From: a virus
Lineage: Duplodnaviria; Heunggongvirae; Uroviricota; Caudoviricetes
Strand: one strand, 5' to 3'
DNA length: 61,031 bases
IMG/VR virus record: IMGVR_UViG_3300018411_000017
The notes under the pieces were generated by a model that was not told where the DNA came from, made no database searches, and saw only the letters and a program-made list of their open reading frames with translations. Each line of letters starts with the position of its first letter. Positions within the stretch are counted from its first letter, which is position 1. This document shows, piece after piece, positions 41,901 to 51,900 of the stretch. A program made the position numbers and the translations under genes.

Positions 41901-44812
41901 GATTAATTTATAAAACATCTTCATTACATAACAATTCTAATTCTCATATGATACTGGAAAGCATGGCTTTGCCGTTGTCAAATGGTATAGGATTAGAAAG
42001 AGGTAATGATTATGTAGTTAATGAAGACTTAATAAATAGAGTTTATAATATAAATGGATCTATTTACAATGAGATTTCTTTGGACGATTTTAGAGAGTTT
42101 GTTGTAGAACTTAATAACATTGCAAATGCTAGATCTATCAGTGTTAAAGATGAGAATGTCTTTAATTTTTTAAATGATTATTTTAAAGATACGACTTACA
42201 TTAGAGATACTAAAGCGTTGGAAAATGCTATTGTAGGAGCTATGTATCATGCTTATAGAGATGGTAGAAATGCGATTCATACGTATGCTCCAATGGATTC
42301 TGATTTGGTAAATGACGTTTTAAAGAAATATCCGTCACCGAAAGAAAAGAAAATGAAAATATTTTCTCCTACTAATACAATGACTGATATTTTAATGCAA
42401 ATTACCAACATGGTAGGTAAAGATGGTATCGCCATTGCTGCTACTGGTCAAAAAGCTTTAGCTGTAATAATAAATAGATTTTTACAAATTGGGAAAGGTA
42501 AATTTGATAACATAGTATTAAACACAAATTTAGCATCAGAAATAGCTGATGTTATTGGAGAAAAAGCTGATACGATTAGAATCATAAATGGCTTTGATAC
42601 TAAAAATATAGCACCTCAAATTCAAGAGTATTTAAATAATATGTTTTATGATGAAATGTTTCTTTCTGGTAAATCAGGTAAGGAAGAATTTATTAAAAAC
42701 TATATGGATAATTTATATGGAGAAGGGGACTCGTCTTTAATTGTATCGGAAATTTTAACAAAAGCAACTGACAACGCTAAAGAACTTGCATTGGATAAAA
42801 TGAACGCGTCTATTAATACATTGGGAATGTATATTTATGCTATTTCAATGGGCGTTGACTTATCGCATTTCACCAGATTTATGACAAGTCCTGTTATTGA
42901 TAAGATAATTGAATTAAGTATTCCCAATTTAATAAATAAAGATAAAGAATCAGCTAATATAGATTCAGCAATTAGGGAAGTCAGAAATGGTTATAGAGAT
43001 GCTTTTAGATATGATAGAAGACTTGCTTCTGAAATAAGCTTAACTAAAGCCATCTCTAAGTCTTTAAATATTGATATAGATAAAAAAGATTTAAAAGAAC
43101 ATTCTTTATTTCATCAAATTATATATGGAGATGGTAAGTGGAGCGAAATAAGAAGTCGTCTTTTAAATGATAGACCTGATATAAAATATATAGAAATATC
43201 TAGATCTTCCGGAGATGAATTTTCTGATATTGGGATTGATGATGCCCTTTCTGAATTCGATGAAGATCGTTCTTCTAGGCCTAGAAGCATAAAAGAACCA
43301 TTCTACAAATGGCTTGATGATAGTATAACTTTAAAGAATTCGTTATACATGGTTGACAGTAATGAAAGAATAAGAATTGCTAATTTATTTGAAAGAATAA
43401 AAAAAGAGGCTGGTTCTTTAAAGGTTTTAGGACAAATGCTAGGCATTAATCAAAGGATTAAATCTGATGCATTTGATTTATATAAGTATAACTCTGTTTT
43501 ATCAAACTTTATAAATGAAAAAGTGTCTGAATTCGATAAAGCTAAAGAAGCATATTATAAATCACAAAAGGTTAAATATCCTGGATTGAAAATCTTTCTA
43601 CCTATATTAAAAGATGGATTTGATTTTAATAGATTTATGATGGATCAAAACTATAGAGAAAGTGTTATAACGGAATATAACACTCTTACTGAATTGAAAG
43701 AATTAAATATATTAGAAATGCTATCTTCTTCTGATCATTTTATGGAAATGATTAATGTTGTAGTTAATATGAATAATTTTATAAATAAACCTAATTCAGT
43801 AAAACATCGAAGTTTATCTTCTCTTATATCTAGAATTGAGAAATCTTTAATATATGGATCTTATGGTAATTTACCTAAAAGCATTTCCGAAGAAATCTAT
43901 AGAGGATTGTCTAATTTAATAGATGATTCTATTGTTCAAAGCTTTTTAAATACAAACAAGATTAGAGTAAAAGCGGTAAACAATGATATATACCAAGATT
44001 TTGAATCTAAAAAACATTTGCAAGCTAATATGTTTACAGCTCCATTTAATTTAAATACGTTTGAAGGACGTTATAGTTTTACTTCATGGTTTGAAGGAGT
44101 TGTTTTATCAATGAAGCAATCTGGTATTGTTAGAGATGAAAACGGTAATGAAGTAAGAGTTCAAGGATTGCAATCTAATCTATTTATACAAAATATACAA
44201 GTAGATGCATCTGAAGACAGATTAAACGGTATGGAATATTATTATATAAAACCAGCGTTAAACTACGACCCAAAGTTAAGCGATAAAGATAAACTTATAC
44301 TTAATGAAATGGTTAAAGGACTGAAAGATTTAAAAGATATAAGTTATGCTGGATATAAATTCCACGATCTCTTATTCTTGTATGACCTTATTACTAATAG
44401 AAACAAAAAGAATTTCAAATCATTTTCTTATTTCACGTCAGAAGCGTTTGATATATCAGATAATAGACTATTAGCTAATAAATATATGAAGCATATAAAC
44501 GCTTTAGATCAGTCAGACGAAGTATTAAATATATCTGATGATGATTTAAAGAACCGAGGTATTGCTCCAAAGCGATTCGGAGATGCTATTGAGGGACAGA
44601 TGTCTTATAAGCTTGTATATAATCCATCTTCTAATAGAATGGAGAAGATTTTCTATGATGGAAAAGAAGAATATAAAATATCAATGGTTGATGCATTTAC
44701 TAAGAATATACCTTTATCTACTACTAGGCAAAGTAACGATATCAACTTGAAGATTATAAATAAGATGTTTAAAAGCCTCGGATTTGATGGCGAAGTTAAA
44801 ATAACTTGTTAA
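35993..44812 (+). CDS. Virion-packaged DNA-dependent RNA polymerase (crAss-type two-barrel, single chain)
   Basis: 2939 aa; CRIPSQ and GGDYDIDK (DxDxD at 41849-41863), plus upstream beta-like motifs ITDGSSF and LMKHA; TEPTQI and KATDNAKEL segments typical of crAss RNAPs. Confidence 0.9.
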   Translation: MSKCFGDIRDEAFKLHSFIAHQMANKVSKADFINSLNEQIEKLSQSYSTTPSNIELKEFYDTIISSVNSLYNKGSRFKIAKVDLKDYPTSFVEQEVQFKMQDQVLASKSSTVAAVESRSEDQVNLDTLENIVHLLNIFGNNTDLMDKFLQKFKNDILDLVLFSEGNDPSFNQSTEVMNTNISNWKLDVASDLKTNNRLIGLSNSEIALSLANPTDNGVDSIYRLFVSKHFDMLLSLSDNVMVKKTKNGYIPAITTSLRKGWTDNEFIDYLDEMGDFTKEIIKSRKVIGLNGNFTGEYMQIDHLFNVIGKLQDAFDKTNPDHLKSIIEDVLKVKTNKRSLGVVDDGVNQDKINSLSTRDLNMLLSFYLHFLKPEINETHWLYKNGILKPGSEIDKIASFYLRSKNTFKKGISSSNKIDYYDLIVYNVEKQLGNSYTQVVYDNNKKSFISEDLNTNKTNKKKRQLLNNISFYMRSIFRYDKIPDILKSYGFELTEKDGVPTKIEGNGFILDLENYNHTIPESINEDDKFLQLFNYIVNQSQLIKPYDYLNWYKESYSESNFKNGLNSLANILSRSISLSNEAYTDDKRIPRFIEDNEMSEVRHINRALQDYSTWLTVISGESVKSVTMTANDTFVPSYGLPNMIKNMFTQISFFSKYFKRNKKSKSPLRDNILYKNRKAILDPVTNTFISYKGKTTPIAKASSQEIFFNNFILQYLQGITPQSYIVGFQPTTYSDKSKQTAIRIDGSKFKYGRHKSLREMKEYDLEEMFYNQTMDYYSDAKDHVIDTLNKTLDTDFKKLSEIQNYINKNSIKVNDIISIADSKGLQIFSTMFFTKNNINSFFLKFEENPALFRELLEDDMANSIGLLKAENIYIDYKDVKSTIDTAIQGLGLNIDFEKDWVDSSTGRILWDKKVGNIVTVNPLYSRYFYEKNSFSEAFQHLIAGGVFSHPAKGAGKDLVEEFSRRYIAMTKRTVGIQATMHPYRLGLYNGVSYYDKIAFVFDPKMDLYNQLGNTKDQEITDGSSFSNYLSTILKNNSLMDQGGQVHHKSIGMMVDPESGCFMLMKHADHTMTNERIRNSKYAPYNLKKVVQKMLDMPFNQEIDITKNFDGYDILKSLKLKVKYKTDQGSETIENIIYKGNNTYDIEYTKYNSDGTTEKDIKKDIPINSLYELWLTLGGERSASFDPESRRMVYDDSSWFNLAEFVNHVGFRKNSKNTRTQEYISKNNIDYKAFRTLANDSRYDDDSKIEYDDTLRPNADSIYQPLKDKFITQITFASAQKVGSTNVNSVEALRNDEPLKYYPKYSNMYTGLQLDHEHHIDDSEVTEPTQIISAIFFNGDASAYNSQISSAIKNYIITNIANYLGSNQSVSDIPIDSIREIIGNQLIKELGKKDVNGLAVKVTKSIETEIQKLLNEANEKLKAGDEKAYNSKINQINKIDKKDVPFSDPGIYDIFVNSMSNIMTSLGIRRKLEGAMNVLSPQNYFITVHEKNGKVGLAEDFDGSIDLLETSKLNIKPFDVIRIIENDKEERIELDTYEKWTDYLQRDLDNAQILLESGAPRRLLPHRVQFDIENENISASKDCFGVDFSKLLNYVELINKYNKDENTKDKAKSLIYEWDYVINSNFIRLNIPTQSELYSSLMDKVKQALNGEEISLSSKDFNTLKNIELSNYKLLKEKSISFYSVEDVRDMIRNGKIQNVISDPNLVEELINSYNDPEAFYSALLDADLSVKISNYKELEAEVVMPANLGKKFFVAKGMNVGDVTLDYLKDKINNLVDRSETPFNYSYQLLEDSGDNIFVLDEDAFANLNKKNIKLKPLYRFNGFSNAKTLIAKREEDNHYVGSTMFYSFRDPETKKQYRIAVAKDSDVQYLNGFKDGEHNYRLMVPNADVDSEKTIDNYVNELYSNYEVSLKGMMCRIPSQSKQSGMPFKIVGFLNTENNISFVPAENLWLTGGDYDIDKIVQVLFSFGNDGLIYKTSSLHNNSNSHMILESMALPLSNGIGLERGNDYVVNEDLINRVYNINGSIYNEISLDDFREFVVELNNIANARSISVKDENVFNFLNDYFKDTTYIRDTKALENAIVGAMYHAYRDGRNAIHTYAPMDSDLVNDVLKKYPSPKEKKMKIFSPTNTMTDILMQITNMVGKDGIAIAATGQKALAVIINRFLQIGKGKFDNIVLNTNLASEIADVIGEKADTIRIINGFDTKNIAPQIQEYLNNMFYDEMFLSGKSGKEEFIKNYMDNLYGEGDSSLIVSEILTKATDNAKELALDKMNASINTLGMYIYAISMGVDLSHFTRFMTSPVIDKIIELSIPNLINKDKESANIDSAIREVRNGYRDAFRYDRRLASEISLTKAISKSLNIDIDKKDLKEHSLFHQIIYGDGKWSEIRSRLLNDRPDIKYIEISRSSGDEFSDIGIDDALSEFDEDRSSRPRSIKEPFYKWLDDSITLKNSLYMVDSNERIRIANLFERIKKEAGSLKVLGQMLGINQRIKSDAFDLYKYNSVLSNFINEKVSEFDKAKEAYYKSQKVKYPGLKIFLPILKDGFDFNRFMMDQNYRESVITEYNTLTELKELNILEMLSSSDHFMEMINVVVNMNNFINKPNSVKHRSLSSLISRIEKSLIYGSYGNLPKSISEEIYRGLSNLIDDSIVQSFLNTNKIRVKAVNNDIYQDFESKKHLQANMFTAPFNLNTFEGRYSFTSWFEGVVLSMKQSGIVRDENGNEVRVQGLQSNLFIQNIQVDASEDRLNGMEYYYIKPALNYDPKLSDKDKLILNEMVKGLKDLKDISYAGYKFHDLLFLYDLITNRNKKNFKSFSYFTSEAFDISDNRLLANKYMKHINALDQSDEVLNISDDDLKNRGIAPKRFGDAIEGQMSYKLVYNPSSNRMEKIFYDGKEEYKISMVDAFTKNIPLSTTRQSNDINLKIINKMFKSLGFDGEVKITC

Positions 44813-44813
44813 T

Positions 44814-47800
44814 ATGGCTTGTAAATTACATATAAATATAGGAGGCACTCCGGTTAGTTTTGAACTAGCTGGAGTTCGCTCCGCTGAAGAGGCTACTAAT
44901 AAAGTATATGAAGCTTTATCAGAAATAGCAGAAGGAGATTTTGATAGTACTCCAAATTCAATAAAAGAATCTGTTGTGAAAGCTTATAGAGCTATTCAAA
45001 AACAAGAAGAAACACCTGAATCAGATGTTGATCAATCTGTGGAATTAGATAAAGAACCGGATTTAAAATATGAAAACTTTGATAATGCGTTTGATTATTT
45101 AAGTGAAAGTATTCAGAAATCTACAGCTTCTATGTTCCAAGGGCAGCCTATGCCAAAATTGCATATATCTTATGAAGACCAAAGCAGAGAAGCATATTTT
45201 TCATCAGAATCAAATACTATAACTGTTAAATTAATGCCAGAAGACAAATCTAATGATCCTGGCGTAAAAGTTATGAAAGAAAAATTTGTCATACATGAGC
45301 TTCTCCATTCTGTTTTAGATAAAAACTTCATGTTTGCTAATACTGAAATAGAGAACTTATATAATGACATTAAAAAACTTTTACCTAATTCAGAAACGGA
45401 TTTAATAGAAAATATGTATGTTGATCAATACATTAGAGTTAGGGAATATTTAACGTCTGCTTTAACTGAGCAGATACTTAAAAAAGAATTAAATAGCAAA
45501 ACTGTTACTTTATTATATAATAAAATATCTTCTTATGTCGCTAGTAATACCAGCGAGTCGTATGACAGCCTTCCATTCTATAAATTCATGGCATCTACAG
45601 AATTTGAAGATGTAGACAAATCCGATATATCAACTAACGTTAAATATGGCAAAGTTGACTCGGCTAAAGTTCAGTCTTCTTTAAAACAAGTTTTCGACGA
45701 ATTTGAACATAATAAAGGGATATATGAAAGGGTTAGTTACGATGCAACGTATGGCAGATTTGTAAGAGCTGAAAATGAGACTCCAATCAATTTAAGGCTT
45801 AAATTGGGACGTTTACAGACTGGTGATATTATTTATATACCACCGATGAAATACGATGAAACGCTGAAAGAAATGGTTCCTGATAAGGATTCTAAATATA
45901 AAGATAAATATCTTCCATTAGTGTATTCGTATTTTGATAAAAAGAAGAATGACCAAGTCTTAGTATTAGCTGTTAAGAAGAAAGACAATAGTTATACAAC
46001 TGTTAAGGTTTTAGCTAAAAATGTATTAGGATTTAGAGACAGTGTTGGCGTCTTAAAAGTTAGAAAAATATCTAAATCAGAACTCGATGAAGTTAAATCC
46101 AGATACAGTAACGATCTCATTTTTTCTAATATAGAGAAAACTTCTACAGGTGATAAAATCGTCGAAGACGATGGATTACAAGGAGATATGATTACTATTT
46201 CTATTAGTAAGTCTGGAGTTAAAACTAAAATAAATAAAGATGCTATAGAGTTTAGAATGGGAGATTCTGAAATAAACAACAATCACTTAATCCATTCTCT
46301 TTCTAGAAATTCAATTATATCTTATGAAGCAAAAATAGATGGCAAGTCTAAAACTATTCACGCCCCATTAGTTAGAGCTTTAGCTAGTGGCGTAGAGTTA
46401 CTATCGACTAAAGGAGAAGTTTATTTTGTTCCTTTTTATAAAGTAAAATCAGTAATTGCTTTAAAAGAAGATATGTTATCTGATTTTGATTATGATAAAG
46501 AATATGCTGACGAATCTGTTTATACTGATTATTATAAAAACAAAAGAATTTCACATTCTAATATGATGTTTACTGATAATAAAGGAATTTTTAAATCAGT
46601 ATCCAATTCTAAGTATGATTATAACCAAGTATATGGCACTATATCAAACTCGTCAAGAAAAGACTTAGACGATCTATTATTAAATGCTTATAAAGAAATA
46701 TACAAAGAGAATAGCAATAGCACATTAGAAAGCTATATAGGGTCTATGGAAGAGGGTTTTGGTAAAAGATTACTAACTGTTTACCTTAATAGAAAAAACC
46801 TCTTAAAAACGCTTAAAGCAGACAATACTTATGTTATATATGATTATATAGATTCTAATAATAAACAGTGGACTGCAAAGGGTAAAATCGTTCACGTTTC
46901 TAGTGATATGATATATGTTTATACACAAACAAAGGATGGAGGGTTTGTTCAGAAAATAAACATCCGAGACGCAACCCCAAGCAGATATAGCCCTTCTATT
47001 AGAAGGATACTATATGATAATTCTTTAGAATATAATTTAGCCGATCAATTTTCAAAACAGAAAAAGAATATCAGAGAGAATTTCGAACAGTTGTCTCAAT
47101 TATTTTCAGGTAAAAAGACTGGTGATTTAAAATCTAAACTTAAAAAAATAGAAGAATCAAATAATTCCTCTTTTTCTATAGAAGGTAAAATACCAACTAA
47201 CTTATCTGATTATTACTACTATGAGTATTTTAATGAAGATCTTGGTAGTAATACTGAAAATTATAAGGCTTTTTTATTGTCTAAACTACAACCAGGCGAT
47301 ATAGCCTTTAGAAAAGTAGATGGATATACAAACGCGGTAATGATCACATCTATTGATGAAACAACTGGAGAGGTGATCGCTGCAAATATTATATCAAATG
47401 CTTCTGGAAAGAAATCTTACATGAATGGCAATATGATTAAATCAGTCCTAAAGCCAGAAGAAATAGAATATATTGGATATAATATATATGATAATCCAGA
47501 GTTGGGAATCAAGGCAAATGCGCATTTCAAGAAGAAATATAGTGTATTTAGTAAAAAGATATCAGAATTTAATCAATATAGATCTTTTGATAAAAAAGAA
47601 ACAGCGGATAAGCTAATTTCAAAATGGAAAAACAAATCTAATGTTAATACTATAGAACTATTAAAAGTTACTAGTTTAAAGACGAACACAGAGTTTTATG
47701 TGCCTAAAAAGGATATAAATAAATATAAAGATGAATCTAAATTCAAAGTTTCGGAAACTGATATTAAATTTGGTATATCTATAGATTATGATGGAGGTTC

Positions 47801-48914
47801 TTTTGGATTAAGAAATAAAAGCAATTACTATGACATAGATATTAATTCTTCTAAAAGCGAAAAGGCTTTCAATCTTTTAAAGGAAGGGGATGTTATTACT
47901 ATGGGTGCGAATACCAATAATTGGTATGATATGGTAATCACAAATGTAATCCTAGGGAAAGATGGAGTTCGTAAGTATAAAGTAGAATCTTTTTATAAAG
48001 ATGCAGATGGGATTACTCGTAATATATTTAAGACTATAACTTACTCAAATAAATCAGATATTAGAAAGTTGTATTTTGATAGATTTGATAAAGATAGAGT
48101 GGAATCTAATAAAGATGTTTTCAATTACACCTCTGAAAATGCTCATAAAAAAGAATATACTAAAACAAAATCTCCAAAACGTAGATACTCTAAAAACACT
48201 AGTGGTTATAATAAATCCGTTGATAACTATATATATATACAGACTATGGCTGAACGATTAGCTAAGTTATATGATGTTGATTTTAAACTATTAACTACTG
48301 TTGAAATAACTAACATGTATGATAATGGAATTGGTAGATTTTCTAATAAAAGAGCTTTTGTTATTGGTAATGAGATAGTTATCAACTCTGATAAATCATC
48401 TATAGCAGAACCGTTGCATGAGTTAACTCATATTATATTGCCTCTAATAAAGAGACAGAGCGCATCAGAGTATAATACATTGCTTATGTCTATTAGAAGT
48501 CATCCTGATTACAATAGTATAGCTGATAACTATCCTGAGCTTAGTGGATTCGATTTGGATGAAGAAGTATTTTGTACTATCTTTGGAGAATATTATGCTG
48601 GTAAAATGAGAACCAAATTTTCATCCGAATGGAACAACTCAAATAAGTCATTTATATCTAGAATATTTGATGCTATTAAAAAGATATTTGCTAATATTTT
48701 GAATATAGATTCAAGAGCATTTAGGAATATAAATGATAAAATGCTTATGAATATGTCTTTAGAAGATATATTTAGACAGTTTGGAGATAATGTTGTTTCT
48801 GGGAAATATGCAAATCTCATACCTTCTTATAATGATAATAAGGCTAAAAAGATAGATGAATTGATTCAAATATTGTTTTCAAAAGAATTAATAACTAAAG
48901 AATGTTATGAGTAA
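44814..48914 (+). CDS. Giant virion protein with two zincin-like HExxH motifs
   Basis: 1366 aa; IHELLH (45294-45308) with downstream EYL, and LHELTH (48417-48431) with downstream DEEVF. Confidence 0.65.
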   Translation: MACKLHINIGGTPVSFELAGVRSAEEATNKVYEALSEIAEGDFDSTPNSIKESVVKAYRAIQKQEETPESDVDQSVELDKEPDLKYENFDNAFDYLSESIQKSTASMFQGQPMPKLHISYEDQSREAYFSSESNTITVKLMPEDKSNDPGVKVMKEKFVIHELLHSVLDKNFMFANTEIENLYNDIKKLLPNSETDLIENMYVDQYIRVREYLTSALTEQILKKELNSKTVTLLYNKISSYVASNTSESYDSLPFYKFMASTEFEDVDKSDISTNVKYGKVDSAKVQSSLKQVFDEFEHNKGIYERVSYDATYGRFVRAENETPINLRLKLGRLQTGDIIYIPPMKYDETLKEMVPDKDSKYKDKYLPLVYSYFDKKKNDQVLVLAVKKKDNSYTTVKVLAKNVLGFRDSVGVLKVRKISKSELDEVKSRYSNDLIFSNIEKTSTGDKIVEDDGLQGDMITISISKSGVKTKINKDAIEFRMGDSEINNNHLIHSLSRNSIISYEAKIDGKSKTIHAPLVRALASGVELLSTKGEVYFVPFYKVKSVIALKEDMLSDFDYDKEYADESVYTDYYKNKRISHSNMMFTDNKGIFKSVSNSKYDYNQVYGTISNSSRKDLDDLLLNAYKEIYKENSNSTLESYIGSMEEGFGKRLLTVYLNRKNLLKTLKADNTYVIYDYIDSNNKQWTAKGKIVHVSSDMIYVYTQTKDGGFVQKINIRDATPSRYSPSIRRILYDNSLEYNLADQFSKQKKNIRENFEQLSQLFSGKKTGDLKSKLKKIEESNNSSFSIEGKIPTNLSDYYYYEYFNEDLGSNTENYKAFLLSKLQPGDIAFRKVDGYTNAVMITSIDETTGEVIAANIISNASGKKSYMNGNMIKSVLKPEEIEYIGYNIYDNPELGIKANAHFKKKYSVFSKKISEFNQYRSFDKKETADKLISKWKNKSNVNTIELLKVTSLKTNTEFYVPKKDINKYKDESKFKVSETDIKFGISIDYDGGSFGLRNKSNYYDIDINSSKSEKAFNLLKEGDVITMGANTNNWYDMVITNVILGKDGVRKYKVESFYKDADGITRNIFKTITYSNKSDIRKLYFDRFDKDRVESNKDVFNYTSENAHKKEYTKTKSPKRRYSKNTSGYNKSVDNYIYIQTMAERLAKLYDVDFKLLTTVEITNMYDNGIGRFSNKRAFVIGNEIVINSDKSSIAEPLHELTHIILPLIKRQSASEYNTLLMSIRSHPDYNSIADNYPELSGFDLDEEVFCTIFGEYYAGKMRTKFSSEWNNSNKSFISRIFDAIKKIFANILNIDSRAFRNINDKMLMNMSLEDIFRQFGDNVVSGKYANLIPSYNDNKAKKIDELIQILFSKELITKECYE

Positions 48915-51900
48915 TTGTGGATTTAAATTAAAAGTAGGAGAAGATGTGATTGAGTTTGATGATATTAAAGCTCTAAGATCATTTCTTAAAAATAACTACC
49001 ATAGAATTAAACATATGGATTCAGTTTTTAATGTTCGATTTAGTAAAAGTGGCTCTGATAGATTTTCAGAGTCACAAGCTAAAGTCGAATCTATTATAAA
49101 TGAATCGATAAAACTTACTTCCGAATTTAATGAAGAGGGAGAAAGAAAAATAACAGCATCAGGATATACTGGTGTGAATAAGTTTATGGAGTCAGTAAAA
49201 TCAATGGCTGGCAAGCAACTAGTAAATGTATTTGACGCTGATAATTATGTTAAAAACTCTTTGCCTAAAAAGATAGCAGAACTTCAATCTGATCCATTAT
49301 TTAGCAATCTAAATGAACAAGAATTACAGAAGGAAGCTACAGCTCAATTGTATAATAATGTTAAAGAATTTAAGCAACTTGGTAAGTTTGGTACTGAGTT
49401 ACATTATGTTTCTGACTTGTTTTATAAAGACGGAGTAACGGAACCTCATATTGTGTTTGAGAAAATTAAAGAGAAATTTCCTGATAGTTTATTTACTGAA
49501 ACAGTTGTCGAAAACATGTTGAAATATGTAAAAGACACAGCTAATGAGTTATATAAAAGGCATGGCAATGGCGCTAAAATATACAGTGAGTTTGTTATAC
49601 ATGATCCTGAAACTAAAATCGTTGGTATTATAGATTTACTTGTTTTAGACGAAGATGGTAATGTTCATATATATGATTATAAAACATCTCATAAAAAGGC
49701 TTATGACTGGGATAATGATAAGTTAAATCGCATGAAATACCAGATGGCTTTTTATAATCAGTTAGTAGGCAAAAAAGGATTAATTGCAAATTCTATTAAT
49801 CTATTACCCATAAACTTGTCAGAAGTCGACTATGCTACTGGAGTTGTTAAAGGAATAGATACCGACCAAGAATGGATTGACGTTACTGATGCTATCAAAA
49901 GCGGTTATTATCAACAAGAAGCTAACGCTCATATTCCTGTTACATTAGCTTCATTGATGGATAAAGCAATAACAAACGATGATATTAAAAAAGAGCTGGG
50001 AGACGCGTTTGGTTATAGCATTCAAACAAACATAAATATAGAGTCTTTTAAAATTCGTAAAGATAGAAACGGGAAAGAATACTTCTTTAACATGTTAACT
50101 GGTAAGCAAGTCTATTTAGATGGTACAGAAGAGGAGAACCAAGCAAAAGTAGATGCTTATAAAAAAGAATATATGGCTTCCGAGAATCTTGCCGTATCAC
50201 AGATGAAGCATAATGCTAAACAATACCTATCTATTGAAGAAGACGGTAAACGTGTTTTTTATCCTGGAAATGATTCTAAGCAGCTTGCATTTGAAAAACT
50301 TTTAAGGCCTTATAAAGACAGCAACTGGCAAATAGTAGAAGACGATGACTTAGATGCTCTAGGTATTATAGCATTTCAAAATACTCTAACTAAAACAGTT
50401 GATTTTATTTCCTTAACTAGTAACGATATTGATTCTTATTTAAAATTAAATAAAGGAAAAACTATCTTGGGTAATTTTTATGCAGATAGATATATAGAAG
50501 AAGATTTCAAACTTATGAAGTCTCAGACTAAAAATATAGAAGCATTAAAAGTTGCCATGTGGATGAATTCTAAAGCCGATATGTTTAAGTCATATGGATA
50601 TAACATTGGTGATATAAGAATAGCATCAACCAATTTAAGTAAGATAGATGGCGTTAAAACATCTTCTATATTATACAATTATAATAAACTCTGTAAAGAG
50701 ACTGGAATAGAATATAAATTGTCAGGCATAAAACAAGCAAACCCTTATGACATTTTATTATCTCGAGTTTTATCTATTATCATGTCTGATGAAAAGTTGG
50801 AAAGTTATGGCTCTGCTAAAAACACAATTAAGAATATTGGAAAAGAGTTAGAAGGCCAAGAGGTTGGCAAAAGTTTCACAGAAAACTTATCAGCAGAACA
50901 AATACAAGATAAACTCGATGAATTAAAAAAGATATCAGAATCTATTAGAAATATAGATAAAGAAAAACTGGATTTTGGCAATGAAGTACATTATTTATAC
51001 TCATTAGTACAATCAGCTATTGTTTATTACGAAGGCCTTGAAGTTGCATATGTAGATGATATAAAAGATGCAGCTTTTAATGAATCTAGGTTATTTACTT
51101 CTATTAATAATTTTGCTAATGAGACTATTCAGATGTTTAAAAATGTTATCTCTAGAGCTAGAAGTAATATTAATTATATATATAATCAGTTTGATACTAG
51201 AATAAACAATTTATTGCTTGGTTATTTTAGAGAGGCTGGATTTACTAGAGATCAACAAATTATATATGGTAAAACAACTCAAGTTTATGACAATCTTTGG
51301 TTAAAAGATGACAATGGTAATGTTACTCAGGACTTTAGATTAAAAGACCCAAGAGATGGTTCTTTAAAGGAATACGAAAAGAGGTTCTTAGAATCATTTT
51401 TGGAAGAATTAAATGCTTATCGTTATACGTCAGAAGAAGCCATATCAGAAGCTAAGTTGAATGGGAATTATTATAAGATGCCTTTAATAAAGGTTAGAGG
51501 TGTTATGCGATTAAAGCAGAAAGGCGTTTGGAATGCAACTAAAGAATCTTTTATTAATTCTATTGATTTTAATAACTTCTTTGACGAGGAGTTAGCTGAC
51601 CATACTAGGCATTTAAAATCTATGGATTCCGTATATAACCAATTTACAACTCAAGACAATTCTCTTAAAAGAGAAAACATGATAATAGAACATGGAATTG
51701 AAGAGTTTGAGCAAGATTTACAATCTATTATAAAATTATATGCTTTAACTCATATTAGGACCAAGGAATTAAACAAAATATTACCAGTAATAAATGCTGT
51801 TAGGGTTACTAATGAGTTTAAAAACGCTGGATTAGCTACTAAAGTTACTGACCATATAGATGAGTTTATAAAGAACTATGTAAAAGTTAATTTATTTAAT

